A stretch of 64,000 nucleotides of DNA from Alphaproteobacteria bacterium (GCA_965225945.1 CBDDBZ010000032.1:1-64000), one strand, 5' to 3'. Positions 37,707 to 47,540 are shown, counted from the stretch's first letter. Numbers and translations: made by a program. Notes: a model not told the origin generated them from the sequence alone.

Positions 37707-38711
37707 ATGACGACGGTTCGCGACGGCTTCACCGATGCGATCGGCAACACACCGCTCATCCGGTTGCGCAAAGCCTCCGAGATCACCGGCTGCGAGATTC
37801 TCGGCAAGGCCGAATTTCTCAATCCGGGGGGCTCGGTGAAAGACCGCGCCGCGCTCTTCATCATCGAGGATGCGGAGCGGCACGGCCTCTTGGAGCCCGG
37901 CGGAATCATCGTCGAGGGCACGGCCGGCAACACCGGCATCGGCCTCGCGCTGGTCGGCAACGCGCGCGGCTACAAGACCGTCATCGTCATCCCCGAGACC
38001 CAGACACAGGAGAAGAAGGACACGCTCCGCATCTGTGGCGCCGACGTGCGCGAGGTGCCGGCCGTCCCCTACCGCGATCCGAACAACTATGTGAAGTATT
38101 CCGGCCGCCTCGCCGAGGAACTGGCCCAGAGCCACGCGGCGGGCGCGATCTGGGCCAACCAGTTCGACAACGTCGCCAATCGCGACGGCCACGCCCGCAC
38201 CACGGGACCGGAGATCTGGGAACAGACCGAGGGCCGGATCGACGGCTTCGTCTGCGCCGTCGGCACCGGCGGCACGCTCGCCGGGGTCTCGATGCACCTT
38301 CGGGAACGCAAGCCCGAGATCAAGATTGGCCTGGCCGATCCCATGGGAGCGGCGCTCTACAACTACTATGCCCATGGCGAGTTGAAGGCCGAGGGCAGCT
38401 CGATCACCGAAGGCATCGGCCAGGGCCGCATCACCCGCAATATCGAGGAGCTGAGCGTCGACTTCCCCTACCAGATCCCGGACGCGGAAGCACTGCCCCT
38501 GGTCTTCGATCTGATCCTGGAGGAAGGCTGGGTGCTCGGGACCTCGAGCGGCATCAACATCGCCGGCGCGATTCGTCTCGCCCGCGATCTCGGCGCCGGA
38601 CACACCATCGTCACCATACTCGCCGATGGCGCTGAGCGCTATAAGAGCAAGATGTTCAACTTGGCCTTCCTCAAGGAGCAGGGCCTACCCCAGCCCGAAT
38701 GGCTGAGTTGA
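37707..38711 (+). CDS. cysK: Cysteine synthase A
   Basis: IGNTPL, NPGGSVKDR, EGTAGNTG, GTGGT. Confidence 0.92.
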   Translation: MTTVRDGFTDAIGNTPLIRLRKASEITGCEILGKAEFLNPGGSVKDRAALFIIEDAERHGLLEPGGIIVEGTAGNTGIGLALVGNARGYKTVIVIPETQTQEKKDTLRICGADVREVPAVPYRDPNNYVKYSGRLAEELAQSHAAGAIWANQFDNVANRDGHARTTGPEIWEQTEGRIDGFVCAVGTGGTLAGVSMHLRERKPEIKIGLADPMGAALYNYYAHGELKAEGSSITEGIGQGRITRNIEELSVDFPYQIPDAEALPLVFDLILEEGWVLGTSSGINIAGAIRLARDLGAGHTIVTILADGAERYKSKMFNLAFLKEQGLPQPEWLS

Positions 38712-38725
38712 CGAGACGGGAATCG

Positions 38726-39478
38726 ATGACCGAAGAATTGTTTCGCCAAGACGCTTACCAGAAGAGCTGCGAGGCCAATGTCGTGGCCGTCGACGAGCGG
38801 GGCGGGATCCTGCTCGACCGCACGGTGTTCTATCCGACGGGGGGCGGCCAGCCGGGTGACAGCGGCCTGCTGCGCGCGGCCGACGGCGGCACCGTCCGGA
38901 TCGCCACCACGGTCAAGGGCGAGGCACCGGGCGAGATCGTCCACCTGCCCGTCGAGGGTGAGACGCCGCTGGCACCGGGCACCACCGTCACCGCCGAGAT
39001 CGATTGGGAGCGCCGGCATCGACTGATGCGCATCCACACCTGCATGCACCTGCTGTCGGCGGTATTGACCTATCCGGTGACCGGCGGCCAGATCGGCGAG
39101 GGCGAGGGCCGGCTCGACTTCGACATGCCCGAGTTGGTGCTGACCAAGGAGGAGATCACCGAGCGCCTCCGCGCCCTCGTCGCCGAGGAATACGATGTCG
39201 CGCCGAGCTGGATCTCGGAGCAGGAGTTGGCGGCCAATCCGGATCTGGTGAAGACGATGTCGGTGAAGCCGCCGACCGGCCAGGGCCGGGTGCGCCTGAT
39301 CGACATTGCCGGTTGCGATCTGCAACCCTGTGGCGGCACGCATGTTGCCAACACGCGCGAGATCGGCCTGGTGGAGGTGCGCAAGATCGAGAAGAAGGGC
39401 CGACGGAACCGGCGGGTTCGGATCGTCCTTTCCGAGGGCCGGGGCGGGGGAAGCGGGGCGAGCCATGAGTCGAATTGA
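38726..39478 (+). CDS. Alanyl-tRNA editing protein AlaX
   Basis: FYPTGGGQPGD, HTCMH, CGGTH. Confidence 0.93.
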   Translation: MTEELFRQDAYQKSCEANVVAVDERGGILLDRTVFYPTGGGQPGDSGLLRAADGGTVRIATTVKGEAPGEIVHLPVEGETPLAPGTTVTAEIDWERRHRLMRIHTCMHLLSAVLTYPVTGGQIGEGEGRLDFDMPELVLTKEEITERLRALVAEEYDVAPSWISEQELAANPDLVKTMSVKPPTGQGRVRLIDIAGCDLQPCGGTHVANTREIGLVEVRKIEKKGRRNRRVRIVLSEGRGGGSGASHESN

Positions 39479-40307
39479 GGGGCCACTCGCCACCACCGAG
39501 TGGCTGGCGGCGCATCTCGGCGACGCTGGCGTCAAGCTCGTCGACGGCTCGTGGTACCTGCCGGCGGAGCAACGCGATCCCAAGGCCGAATACGTCGAGG
39601 GGCATCTTCCGGGCGCGGTCTATTTCGATATCGACGCGATCTCGGATACCGCCAGCCCGCTGTCGCACATGTTCCCGGACGCGTCTACCTTCGCCGACGC
39701 CGTCGGCGCGCTCGACATCGCCGACGACGACCATGTGATCTGCTACGACGGCGGCTCCATGTCGGCGGCGGGCCGGGTCTGGTGGATGTTCCGCGCCTTT
39801 GGCCACGAGGCCGTCCAGGTGCTGGACGGCGGCGCGCGGAAATGGCGGGCCGAAGGCCGGGCCTGGACCGCCGAGCCGGTGACCCCCGCGCCTCGGACCT
39901 ACCGGGGAAGTGGCCCGGCGCGCGGCGTTCGCGCTCTCGAGGACGTCCTCGGCGTGATCGAGCGGGGCGGCGAACAAATCCTCGATGCGCGCACGGCGGC
40001 CCGCTTCGCCGGCACCGCGCCGGAGCCCCGGGCGGGCATGCGGTCCGGGCACATGCCGGGCGCCTACAATCTTCCCTATACGGACTTGCTGGCGGCGGAC
40101 GGCACGCTGCTGGCGGCCGACCTGCTCGCCGCCAAGTTCGAGGCGAGCGGCATCGACCTCCAACACCCGGTCATCACCTCCTGCGGCTCCGGCGTCTCGG
40201 CGACCGTGCTGCTGCTGGGCCTCGAGGTCTTGGGGCGGCCGGGAACGCTCTATGACGGAAGCTGGTCTGAATGGGGTGGGCGCGAGGATACGCCCGTGGC
40301 GCGCTGA
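39465..40307 (+). CDS. sseA: 3-mercaptopyruvate sulfurtransferase
   Basis: HLPGA, LDGG, EPRAG.RSGHMPG, CGSGVSA, YDGSWSEW. Confidence 0.93.
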   Translation: MSRIEGPLATTEWLAAHLGDAGVKLVDGSWYLPAEQRDPKAEYVEGHLPGAVYFDIDAISDTASPLSHMFPDASTFADAVGALDIADDDHVICYDGGSMSAAGRVWWMFRAFGHEAVQVLDGGARKWRAEGRAWTAEPVTPAPRTYRGSGPARGVRALEDVLGVIERGGEQILDARTAARFAGTAPEPRAGMRSGHMPGAYNLPYTDLLAADGTLLAADLLAAKFEASGIDLQHPVITSCGSGVSATVLLLGLEVLGRPGTLYDGSWSEWGGREDTPVAR

Positions 40308-40930
40308 TGCACCGCTTGGGGCTCTTCGCCGTCCTGCTGTGCCTCGCGGCGGCGCCGGCCGGCGCGAACCAGACCGATCAGCAGATCGCCGCTTTCTGCA
40401 CCAACCTAAAGCCCGACGATCTGGGGGCCAGGCGCGCCTGCATCGACGAACAACGCAGCGCCGCCCGCCAGGTCTTCGAGTGGGCCCGCAAGACCCGGGA
40501 GAACGCGGACGCCCGACAACTCCATGCCGCCTGCGCCAAGGCGACCGGGCTGCAGACCGGAGGTTACGATTGGCCCGGTCAACACGCCTGCATCGACGCG
40601 GAACTGGCTGCGCTGGGCGATTTGGTCGAGCAACGCGTCCGGGCGCAAAAGGACCATTTCACGGCCAAGATCATCGCCCTCTGCACCGTCCGACAGAACC
40701 CGCAAGCGGCCGACGCCTTTCGCCGTCTCGTCCAATGCCTTTTCGTGCAGCGCCAGGCCGGCGAGAAGGTCTCGGAGATGTACCAGTTCTTCCAACCGCT
40801 CAGCCCCGAGCGCGACATCGTCAATCGCTGCGCCGAACGACTCAAGGGCCCGGAGGACACCTACGACTGGCCCAAGGTGAAGAGCTGCATCGACACCGAG
40901 TTGCAGGCCTCGGCGGTCCTGAACAAGTAG
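40307..40930 (+). CDS. Hypothetical secreted Cys-rich protein with two internal repeats
   Basis: Signal peptide (APAGA); 8 mature Cys; repeated C..YDWP....CID.EL. Confidence 0.8.
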   Translation: MHRLGLFAVLLCLAAAPAGANQTDQQIAAFCTNLKPDDLGARRACIDEQRSAARQVFEWARKTRENADARQLHAACAKATGLQTGGYDWPGQHACIDAELAALGDLVEQRVRAQKDHFTAKIIALCTVRQNPQAADAFRRLVQCLFVQRQAGEKVSEMYQFFQPLSPERDIVNRCAERLKGPEDTYDWPKVKSCIDTELQASAVLNK

Positions 40931-40970
40931 TGAGATCGTCGGCGGCGCGCGCCGGGCCGGGAGAGAGGAC

Positions 40971-41948
40971 ATGAAGATCAGGTCCTACGCAGCGGCCGAC
41001 GAGGCCGCGTTGATCGCGCTCTGGCGGGCCTCGGACCTGTTGGTCAATCCCCTGAACGATCCCCGGCGCGACATCCGCTTCTGCCTCGAGAGCGGGCACG
41101 GTGAGATCCTGGTCGGCGAATGCGAGGGACGCCTGGTGGCGAGCGTCATGGTGGGGCACGACGGCCATCGCGGCTGGATCTACTATGTCGCCACCATGCC
41201 GGACCTGCGCGGCGCCGGGCTGGGCCGGCGCATCATGTTCGCGGCGGAGGACCGCCTGGCGGCCAAGGGCGTGGCGAAGGTCGAGCTGCTGGTTCGCGAC
41301 GGCAACACCCGGGTCATCGGCTTCTACCAGCGGATCGGCTATGTCGTGGAGCCGAGGGCGGTCCTGACCAAGCGGCTGGACGGCGTGGGGGTGGCGATGG
41401 GTGGGGCTTCGAGCGACGACGACGTCACCATCACCTTCCTGGAGATGCGGGCCAGGCCGGAGCTGCCCCGGATCGAGCCGGCCGGCCCCGTGGCGCTGCT
41501 CCAGGCCAAGACGCCGACCACCGCCTTCTACCACTACCTCTACGACGCGGTCGGGCGAGCCTGGTACTGGACCGATCGCAAGCAGCTCAACGACGAGGAT
41601 CTCGCGGCGATCATCCAGGACGCGCGGGTGGAGATTTACGTGCTCCACGCGGACGGCGTGCCGGCCGGCTATTTCGAACTCGACCGCCGCCGGGCGCCCA
41701 CCGTCGATCTCGCCTATTTCGGCATCATGGCGGACTTCATCGGCCGCCGCCTCGGCCCTTATCTGCTGGCGAGGGCGATCGAGACGGCGTGGACCGGCGG
41801 CACCGAGCGGTTCACCGTCAACACCTGCACGCTGGACCATCCCCGGGCGTTGCCGATGTACCAGCGCTTCGGCTTCGTGCCCTATGAGCACCGAAAGGTG
41901 CCGCCACCGTGGCGACGGGGCGACACCTCGGCCTACGAGACCGGCTGA
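40971..41948 (+). CDS. Tandem GNAT acetyltransferase (YpeA-like plus second GNAT)
   Basis: MVGHDGHRGWIYY..RGAGLG..FYQRIGY; second domain AYFGI..IGRRLG..TCTLDHP.ALPMYQRFGF. Confidence 0.88.
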   Translation: MKIRSYAAADEAALIALWRASDLLVNPLNDPRRDIRFCLESGHGEILVGECEGRLVASVMVGHDGHRGWIYYVATMPDLRGAGLGRRIMFAAEDRLAAKGVAKVELLVRDGNTRVIGFYQRIGYVVEPRAVLTKRLDGVGVAMGGASSDDDVTITFLEMRARPELPRIEPAGPVALLQAKTPTTAFYHYLYDAVGRAWYWTDRKQLNDEDLAAIIQDARVEIYVLHADGVPAGYFELDRRRAPTVDLAYFGIMADFIGRRLGPYLLARAIETAWTGGTERFTVNTCTLDHPRALPMYQRFGFVPYEHRKVPPPWRRGDTSAYETG

Positions 41949-42178
41949 TAGAGGTCATCAGGCCCCTCGGCCCTCGCCGTCGCCCTCCCCATGGCTTCGG
42001 CCCAGACGCCATCCATGGTCATTTGGCTGATACCGCCCTCGATGGCCTAGCGGATTTCCCGCGCGATCACGGCCTTGCGCCGACCCTCGGACAGGCGCTC
42101 GAGGCGGGCGATATCCGCCGCGCTCGGCGCCGAAAACGAACTGATCTCGATTTCGGGTGTCTCGGCGTCGGTCGTCAT
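41933..42178 (-). pseudogene. Small ORF with internal stop; C-terminus resembles ParD-like antitoxins
   Basis: MTTDAET..AREIR*AIEGGISQMTMDGVWAEA; TAG at 42047-42049. Confidence 0.35.
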
Positions 42179-42266
42179 TTTCAGGTTTTCACCCCTAAAA
42201 CATGGCAATCGAGAACCATTCCGAAATCAAAGTTCATCTCGAGGGGGAGGCTAGAAGGACCACCCC

Positions 42267-43205
42267 CTACGCCGCCTGCTTCCCATTCACGACGTCGAGC
42301 CAGGGGCAGACATCGGCGATCAGGCGTTCGGTCTGCTCGATCAAATCGTCGTCGCCGGCGCCGATCGGGCGCAGGACGAACTTGGAAATGCCGGCATCGA
42401 CATAGCCCTGCAAGCGCCGGACGATCGCCTCGCCGTCACCCGCCACCATGTTCTGGCGCGGATCGCGGGCGAAGCGGGCCTGGAAGGCCTCGGCGTATTT
42501 GCGCGCCGGCCCGTCATCGGGGGCGCCGAAGCGGAAGGCGAACGCCGCGCCGTAATGATCCTCGTCGATTCCCCGTCCGGCCTCGGCCAGCGCCACCTTG
42601 ATCCGCTCGACGACCCGGGCGATCTCGTTCGGCGGCTCGAACGCGCCCTGCCAGCCGGTGCCGAAACGCGCCGTGCGCCGGACCGCCGCCTCGCTGGAGC
42701 CGCCGATCCAGAGCGGGAGCCGCTTCTGCGCCGGCTTGGGCGAGATGGAGGCGCGGTCGTAATGGTAAAACTCGCCCTCGAAGCTGACCTCGTCCTCGGC
42801 CCAGAGCCGGCTGATCAGCTCCAGCCCCTCGTCGGTGCGGCGGCCGCGGCGCCGGGTCTCGCGGCCCGTCGCCTTCCAGTCCGGCGCCAGGCGGTTGCCG
42901 ATGCCGAAGGCCGGCAGCAGACGGCCCTGGCTCAGGAAATCGACGGTGGCGCATTGCTTGGCCAGCAGCAGCGGATCGCGCAGGCCCACCGAGACCACGT
43001 TCATGCCGAACTTCAGCCGCGTGGTCGCGCCGGCCAGCCAGGCCATGGTGCTCATCGCCTCGAGGAAGGGCTGGCGCGAGACCAAGCGATCGGTCTGCCA
43101 GATGGAATCGATTCCCCCCGCCTCGCAGGTCTGGACCCAACGCATGTAGGCCGCCGCCCCGGAGAAGGGAAAGTCGGCGATGCCCAAGCCGATTGCTATG
43201 CTCAC
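42267..43205 (-). CDS. LLM-class flavin-dependent oxidoreductase
   Basis: AGATTRLKFG, LLAKQCATVDFLSQGR, PLWIGG. Confidence 0.9.
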   Translation of the reverse strand: MSIAIGLGIADFPFSGAAAYMRWVQTCEAGGIDSIWQTDRLVSRQPFLEAMSTMAWLAGATTRLKFGMNVVSVGLRDPLLLAKQCATVDFLSQGRLLPAFGIGNRLAPDWKATGRETRRRGRRTDEGLELISRLWAEDEVSFEGEFYHYDRASISPKPAQKRLPLWIGGSSEAAVRRTARFGTGWQGAFEPPNEIARVVERIKVALAEAGRGIDEDHYGAAFAFRFGAPDDGPARKYAEAFQARFARDPRQNMVAGDGEAIVRRLQGYVDAGISKFVLRPIGAGDDDLIEQTERLIADVCPWLDVVNGKQAA

Positions 43206-43222
43206 GATTCGGCTCCTTCGTC

Positions 43223-44026
43223 TCACGCCGCCCGCCGGCGGGGTTCGTAAATGGCCGTGTGCCGAATGCGCAGCAGCGGCGTCAGCTGACCACCGAGGAC
43301 GAGCGCGTCCACCTCGACGAACTTGTGCCCCTTGCGCTCCCGGTTGTCGAGGACCCGCCCCCGCGTCTCCAGCCCGCTCTTGAGCGGCGCGGCGATATAG
43401 TGCTGCACCGTGCTCTCGACGTGGATCCAGGGGCCGAGGGTGACATTGGCGCGGAGCAGAAAGTTGCCCTGGCGCAGCAGCGTCGCCGGATGGAGCCAGC
43501 CCGCTTCGGCGTAGACCGGCAAGGTCTCGCGGACGTTCTCCAGCGCGCGGCGCGCCGCCTCCATGTCCGGATCCTGCCGGTGGGGGGCGAGGATGGCGCC
43601 GATCGGCAGCGTGTGGGGCGCGGCGGGCGGCCTTTCGTCCGGCGCGGGTGCCAGCGGGAAGTCCAGAATCGCCGGCGGCTCGGGCGCCACCGCCGGCAGG
43701 CGCGCGGTCATCCGGGCCGCGACCTCCTCGCGCGCCACCACCGCCACCTCCAGCGCGCCGTCGGGCCCGAGCCCGCTCTCCACCCGGACCAGGTCGCCGT
43801 CGTAGACCGGCTTCAACAGCCTGACGTTGGCCCAGCCCCGGCGGATCCAGTCGGGCCCGAAGTGGCGCACCGCCGCGCCCGTGGCATAGGCGTAGACGTC
43901 GACGCCGGGCACCAGGCCGCCGGAGAAGCCGTACTGGCGGGCCACGCTGTCGTCGTGGATCCGATTGTCCGACGCCACCGCGGTATTGAAGGCCTCGATC
44001 GTGAACGTCGCCGGCGCCGCGCTCAT
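43223..44026 (-). CDS. Double hotdog-fold (MaoC-like) protein
   Basis: NRIHDD.VARQYGFSGGLVPG; second half LGPWIHVES. Confidence 0.7.
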   Translation of the reverse strand: MSAAPATFTIEAFNTAVASDNRIHDDSVARQYGFSGGLVPGVDVYAYATGAAVRHFGPDWIRRGWANVRLLKPVYDGDLVRVESGLGPDGALEVAVVAREEVAARMTARLPAVAPEPPAILDFPLAPAPDERPPAAPHTLPIGAILAPHRQDPDMEAARRALENVRETLPVYAEAGWLHPATLLRQGNFLLRANVTLGPWIHVESTVQHYIAAPLKSGLETRGRVLDNRERKGHKFVEVDALVLGGQLTPLLRIRHTAIYEPRRRAA

Positions 44027-44048
44027 GGCTCCCCTCTCGCGTTACCCG

Positions 44049-46346
44049 TTACTTCGACGTCATCACCCACTCGCCCCGCCAGTCGTCCGGCGGCGGCTCC
44101 ACCTCGAAGTGGCGGCAGCGATCGACATACACCCGGCTCGCCGCATCGGCCGCGTTCGCCTCCAGGGCCTGCTCGAAACAGGCGATGCCCTTGGCCCACG
44201 CGCGCGCCCGATAGAAGCCGAGACCGTCGCGAAAGTGCCCCAGGACATCGACCAGGTTGGGAAAGCTCTCGGCCGTGTGGTAGTCCATCACCTCGTGCAC
44301 GGCGACGGGCTCGGTCTTGCCCTTGACCACCACGAAGTCGATCGGCCGGACGCGATAGGTGGCGCGCAAGCGGTCGATGGTGTTCTGGCTCGCCAGGATC
44401 TTCGCGCCATAGGGCTTGCAGAGGCCCTCCAACCGCGAGGCCAGGTTCACCCCGTCGCCGATCACGGTGTAGTCCATTTTGCGGGGCGAGCCGATGTTGC
44501 CCGAAACCACGGCGTCGGTATTGATCCCGACCCCCATCTCGATCGGCTTCTTGCCCTCGCTCGAGCGCCGGCGGTTGTAGGCGGCGAGATCGTTGATCAT
44601 GGAGATCGCGGCGCGGACCGCGCGATCCTCGTTGTCCTCGTGGCTCATCGGCGCGCCGAAGACGGCCATGATCGCATCGCCGATGAACTTGTCGACCAGG
44701 CCGCCCTCGCGGTTGATGCAGTCTTCCATGATCGTGAAATACTCGTTCAGCAGGCTGACGGTGCCGGGGGCGCCCAACTCCTCGGTGAGGGTGGTGAAGT
44801 CGCGGACGTCCGTGAACAGGATCGTCGCCTCGCCGCTCTGCCCGCCGAGCGCCTCCTGCCCCTGCTCCATCAGCTTCGCGGCGATCACCGGGCCCATGTA
44901 GCGCGACAGCGTCGATTGCATCCGCTTCTCGTCGCTGATGTCCTCCAGCATCATCAGCATGCCGGCGGCGTCGCCGCCCTGGCGCAAGGGCGAGATGGTG
45001 AGATTGATCGAGCGGCTTTCGCCCCGGACGTCCAGCACGCCGTCCATCACCGCCTCCGAGCCCTTGCTCTCCAGCGCCTTTTCCAGGCGTTCGTGAATCC
45101 AGTTGTTGTCACCGGCGAAGAGATCACTCGACTTGCGGCCGACGATGTCGCTGGTGCGGGCGCGGAGAACGCGCTGAACGCCGGCGTTGCAGGTCACCGC
45201 TACGCCGTCGCCGTCGAAGGTCAGCACGCCGTTCGACATGCTCTCGAGCATGGTCTCGTTGTAGTTCTTAATGCTCTGCACGTCCTCGAACAGCTGGGCG
45301 TTCTCGAGGCAGATGGCGATTTGCACGGTGAAGGCCTTGAGGTGGGCCTCGTCCTCGTCGGAGAAGGGGCCGCCGCGCTTGTTCAGCACCTGGGTGACGC
45401 CGATCCGACGGCCCTCCTTGTTGACCAACGGCACGCAGAGCACGGAGCGGGTGAAATAGCCGGTCCGGGTATCGACGCTCGGATCGAAGCGCAGATCGGC
45501 GTAAGCGTAAGGGATGTTGATCGTCTCGCCCCGGGAGAACACGGTGCCGGCGATGCCGGCGTCGTTCGGCAGGCGGATCTTGGTGGCTCCGAGGCCGAGG
45601 CCGATCTCGGTGTAAAGTTCCGCCGTTTTCTCGTCGTTGAGGAACAGCGTCGCCCGGTCGGCCTCCAGCATGTCGGTGATCGCGCCCATAATCTTCTGCA
45701 GCAGGGGTCCGAGCTGAATTTCGGTCGAGAGATCGGTCACCATCTCCAGGAAGCGCGCCTCCTGCTGCCGCGTCTCCTCCATCCGGCGGACCAATACGCT
45801 GCCATGCAGCACCACGGAGGCTTGCGTCGCCAGGGCTTCCAGCAGCTCCAAATCGGCCGGGACAAAGGCCGCGTTCTGCTTGTTCAGGCACTGGATGACG
45901 CCCAACACCTCGCCACGAACCGTGCGGATCGGCGCGCAGGCGAGATTGAGGGTGCGATATCCGGTCACCTGATCGACGGTTTTGCTGAAGCGGGAATCGG
46001 CGTAGGCGTCGGCGATGATCAGTCCCTGGCCGGTGGTGAAGACGACGCCGGCGACGCCGGTGCTGTTCGAGAGCCTGAGGTCGCGCAGCTCTTCCCCCCG
46101 GGCGACCCGGGCATATAGCTCGCCCGTCGTGGCGTCGTTCAGGAACAGCGTGCCGCGGTCCGCATCCGTGGTCTCCACCGAGATCTGGATCAGAGCATCG
46201 AGCTGCTCCTCTAGCGAGGTCAACGCCGCCAATCGGTTTGAGACCGAAAGCAGCAGCGTCGAAGAGCGGGCGCGGGAGCGCCGCGCGCGGGGCCGCGCGG
46301 CCCCTTCGTCGCGATCGTTCAACAAATCGTCCTGCAAATCGGTCAT
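44049..46346 (-). CDS. Class III adenylate cyclase, GAF-GAF-PAS-CHD-TPR architecture
   Basis: Two GAF domains with NK..F..D motifs; LFTDVRDFT, DKFIGD, DYTVIGDGVNLASRLE, VKGK; TPR-like C-terminus. Confidence 0.93.
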   Translation of the reverse strand: MTDLQDDLLNDRDEGAARPRARRSRARSSTLLLSVSNRLAALTSLEEQLDALIQISVETTDADRGTLFLNDATTGELYARVARGEELRDLRLSNSTGVAGVVFTTGQGLIIADAYADSRFSKTVDQVTGYRTLNLACAPIRTVRGEVLGVIQCLNKQNAAFVPADLELLEALATQASVVLHGSVLVRRMEETRQQEARFLEMVTDLSTEIQLGPLLQKIMGAITDMLEADRATLFLNDEKTAELYTEIGLGLGATKIRLPNDAGIAGTVFSRGETINIPYAYADLRFDPSVDTRTGYFTRSVLCVPLVNKEGRRIGVTQVLNKRGGPFSDEDEAHLKAFTVQIAICLENAQLFEDVQSIKNYNETMLESMSNGVLTFDGDGVAVTCNAGVQRVLRARTSDIVGRKSSDLFAGDNNWIHERLEKALESKGSEAVMDGVLDVRGESRSINLTISPLRQGGDAAGMLMMLEDISDEKRMQSTLSRYMGPVIAAKLMEQGQEALGGQSGEATILFTDVRDFTTLTEELGAPGTVSLLNEYFTIMEDCINREGGLVDKFIGDAIMAVFGAPMSHEDNEDRAVRAAISMINDLAAYNRRRSSEGKKPIEMGVGINTDAVVSGNIGSPRKMDYTVIGDGVNLASRLEGLCKPYGAKILASQNTIDRLRATYRVRPIDFVVVKGKTEPVAVHEVMDYHTAESFPNLVDVLGHFRDGLGFYRARAWAKGIACFEQALEANAADAASRVYVDRCRHFEVEPPPDDWRGEWVMTSK

Positions 46347-47242
46347 GACTGACTATCCAATTCCCGGCGCAGCGCCGTGATGGTATCGCGGAGATGGCGG
46401 CGCTCCTCCTCGAACGCCACTTCGTGCGAATCGCGCGCCCGCGCCTCCTCCTCGTCTCGCGTTTCGAGCGAACGGCGGAGCGCGGCAATGGTGCTCTCGA
46501 GTTGCTCCCGCGCCAGCTCGACCTCGGCCACGACATCGCGCACGGCGCCAGCGCGCGCGGCGTCGGTGTTCGCCAGTTCCTGGCGCAGGACCAAAATTTC
46601 GGTCTTGAGCCTCTCCGTCTCCAGCGCGCCTTGCCGGCGGATCTCCTCGATCCGAACGTCCTTTTCGACGCTCTCCTCGTCGAGACGTCGACGCAGATCG
46701 ACGACCATGGCTTCGAGGGCCTCGCGCTCCGCTCGGGTCGAACGCGCCTGAGCCGCCAGCGCGTCGTCGTGGTCGAGGTGCCTCGTCCGCGCATCGGCCC
46801 TGAGCACCGCCACCGTCGCCTCCAGCTCGGCCCGGTCGACGTCCGCCTTCGCGGCCTGACGGGCCAGGCTCTCGTCCTTGTCGAGCCGCGCCGCTTCCAG
46901 ATCCGCGCGCAGGCTGGCGATGGTGCCCTCGAGGTCGCGGCGCTCGCGCGCCGCCTCGCGACGGCTCGCCTCCTGGCGATGCTCGGTCTCGAGGCCGGCG
47001 TCATGCAGGCTTCGGCGCAGCGCGAAGACCGTGTCCTGCAGTTCCTTCAGGCGGGCCTCGCCCTCGGCCACGGCGAGCTCGATGCCGCGCTCGCGATCGC
47101 GCGACATGTTCTCCATGGCGTTGCGGAGCGCCTTGATGGTGCTCATCAACTGCTGGTCATCGGCGCGCGCGCGGCTCACCTCCTCGAGCGGATCCCCGAG
47201 GACCTTCGTCGCCTCCGCCGTCCGATCCGATTGGTCCAGCAC
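46343..47242 (-). CDS. Hypothetical all-helical protein built of 36-aa repeats
   Basis: L..T(I/V)..LR..L recurs every 36 aa (7.5 units); ATGA overlap with the cyclase. Confidence 0.85.
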   Translation of the reverse strand: MLDQSDRTAEATKVLGDPLEEVSRARADDQQLMSTIKALRNAMENMSRDRERGIELAVAEGEARLKELQDTVFALRRSLHDAGLETEHRQEASRREAARERRDLEGTIASLRADLEAARLDKDESLARQAAKADVDRAELEATVAVLRADARTRHLDHDDALAAQARSTRAEREALEAMVVDLRRRLDEESVEKDVRIEEIRRQGALETERLKTEILVLRQELANTDAARAGAVRDVVAEVELAREQLESTIAALRRSLETRDEEEARARDSHEVAFEEERRHLRDTITALRRELDSQS

Positions 47243-47246
47243 GTTC

Positions 47247-47294
47247 GCCGTCTCCCCGCTCTCGCCCCAAGCCGTCTCCCCGCTCTCGCCCCAA
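47247..47294. repeat. 24-bp perfect tandem duplication over the RBS region of the repeat-protein gene
   Basis: gccgtctccccgctctcgccccaa x2. Confidence 0.95.
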
Positions 47295-47406
47295 TAGTAG
47301 GGATCGTCGCCCCGGGGGGAAAGAGTTGCTGGTTACCCCGCTTCCAGCGGCGCCTGCGCTGGCCGAGGAAGGTGGTCATGTGAAAGACGGCTTGCGCCGG
47401 TCCCTG

Positions 47407-47434
47407 GCGGTAGGCGGTAGGCGGTAAGCGGTAG
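47407..47434. repeat. Heptamer tandem repeat GCGGTAG x4 (one variant)
   Basis: gcggtag gcggtag gcggtaa gcggtag. Confidence 0.85.
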
Positions 47435-47540
47435 CGAGGGGGCAAGCGCGCCGCGCGCGGCAGGCCAGCGCCATGCAGTCGGCCCCGGCCGGCCGGGCGT
47501 GGTCATCAACGCCGGTCTCGGCGACTTTCGAGTCGGGCGC

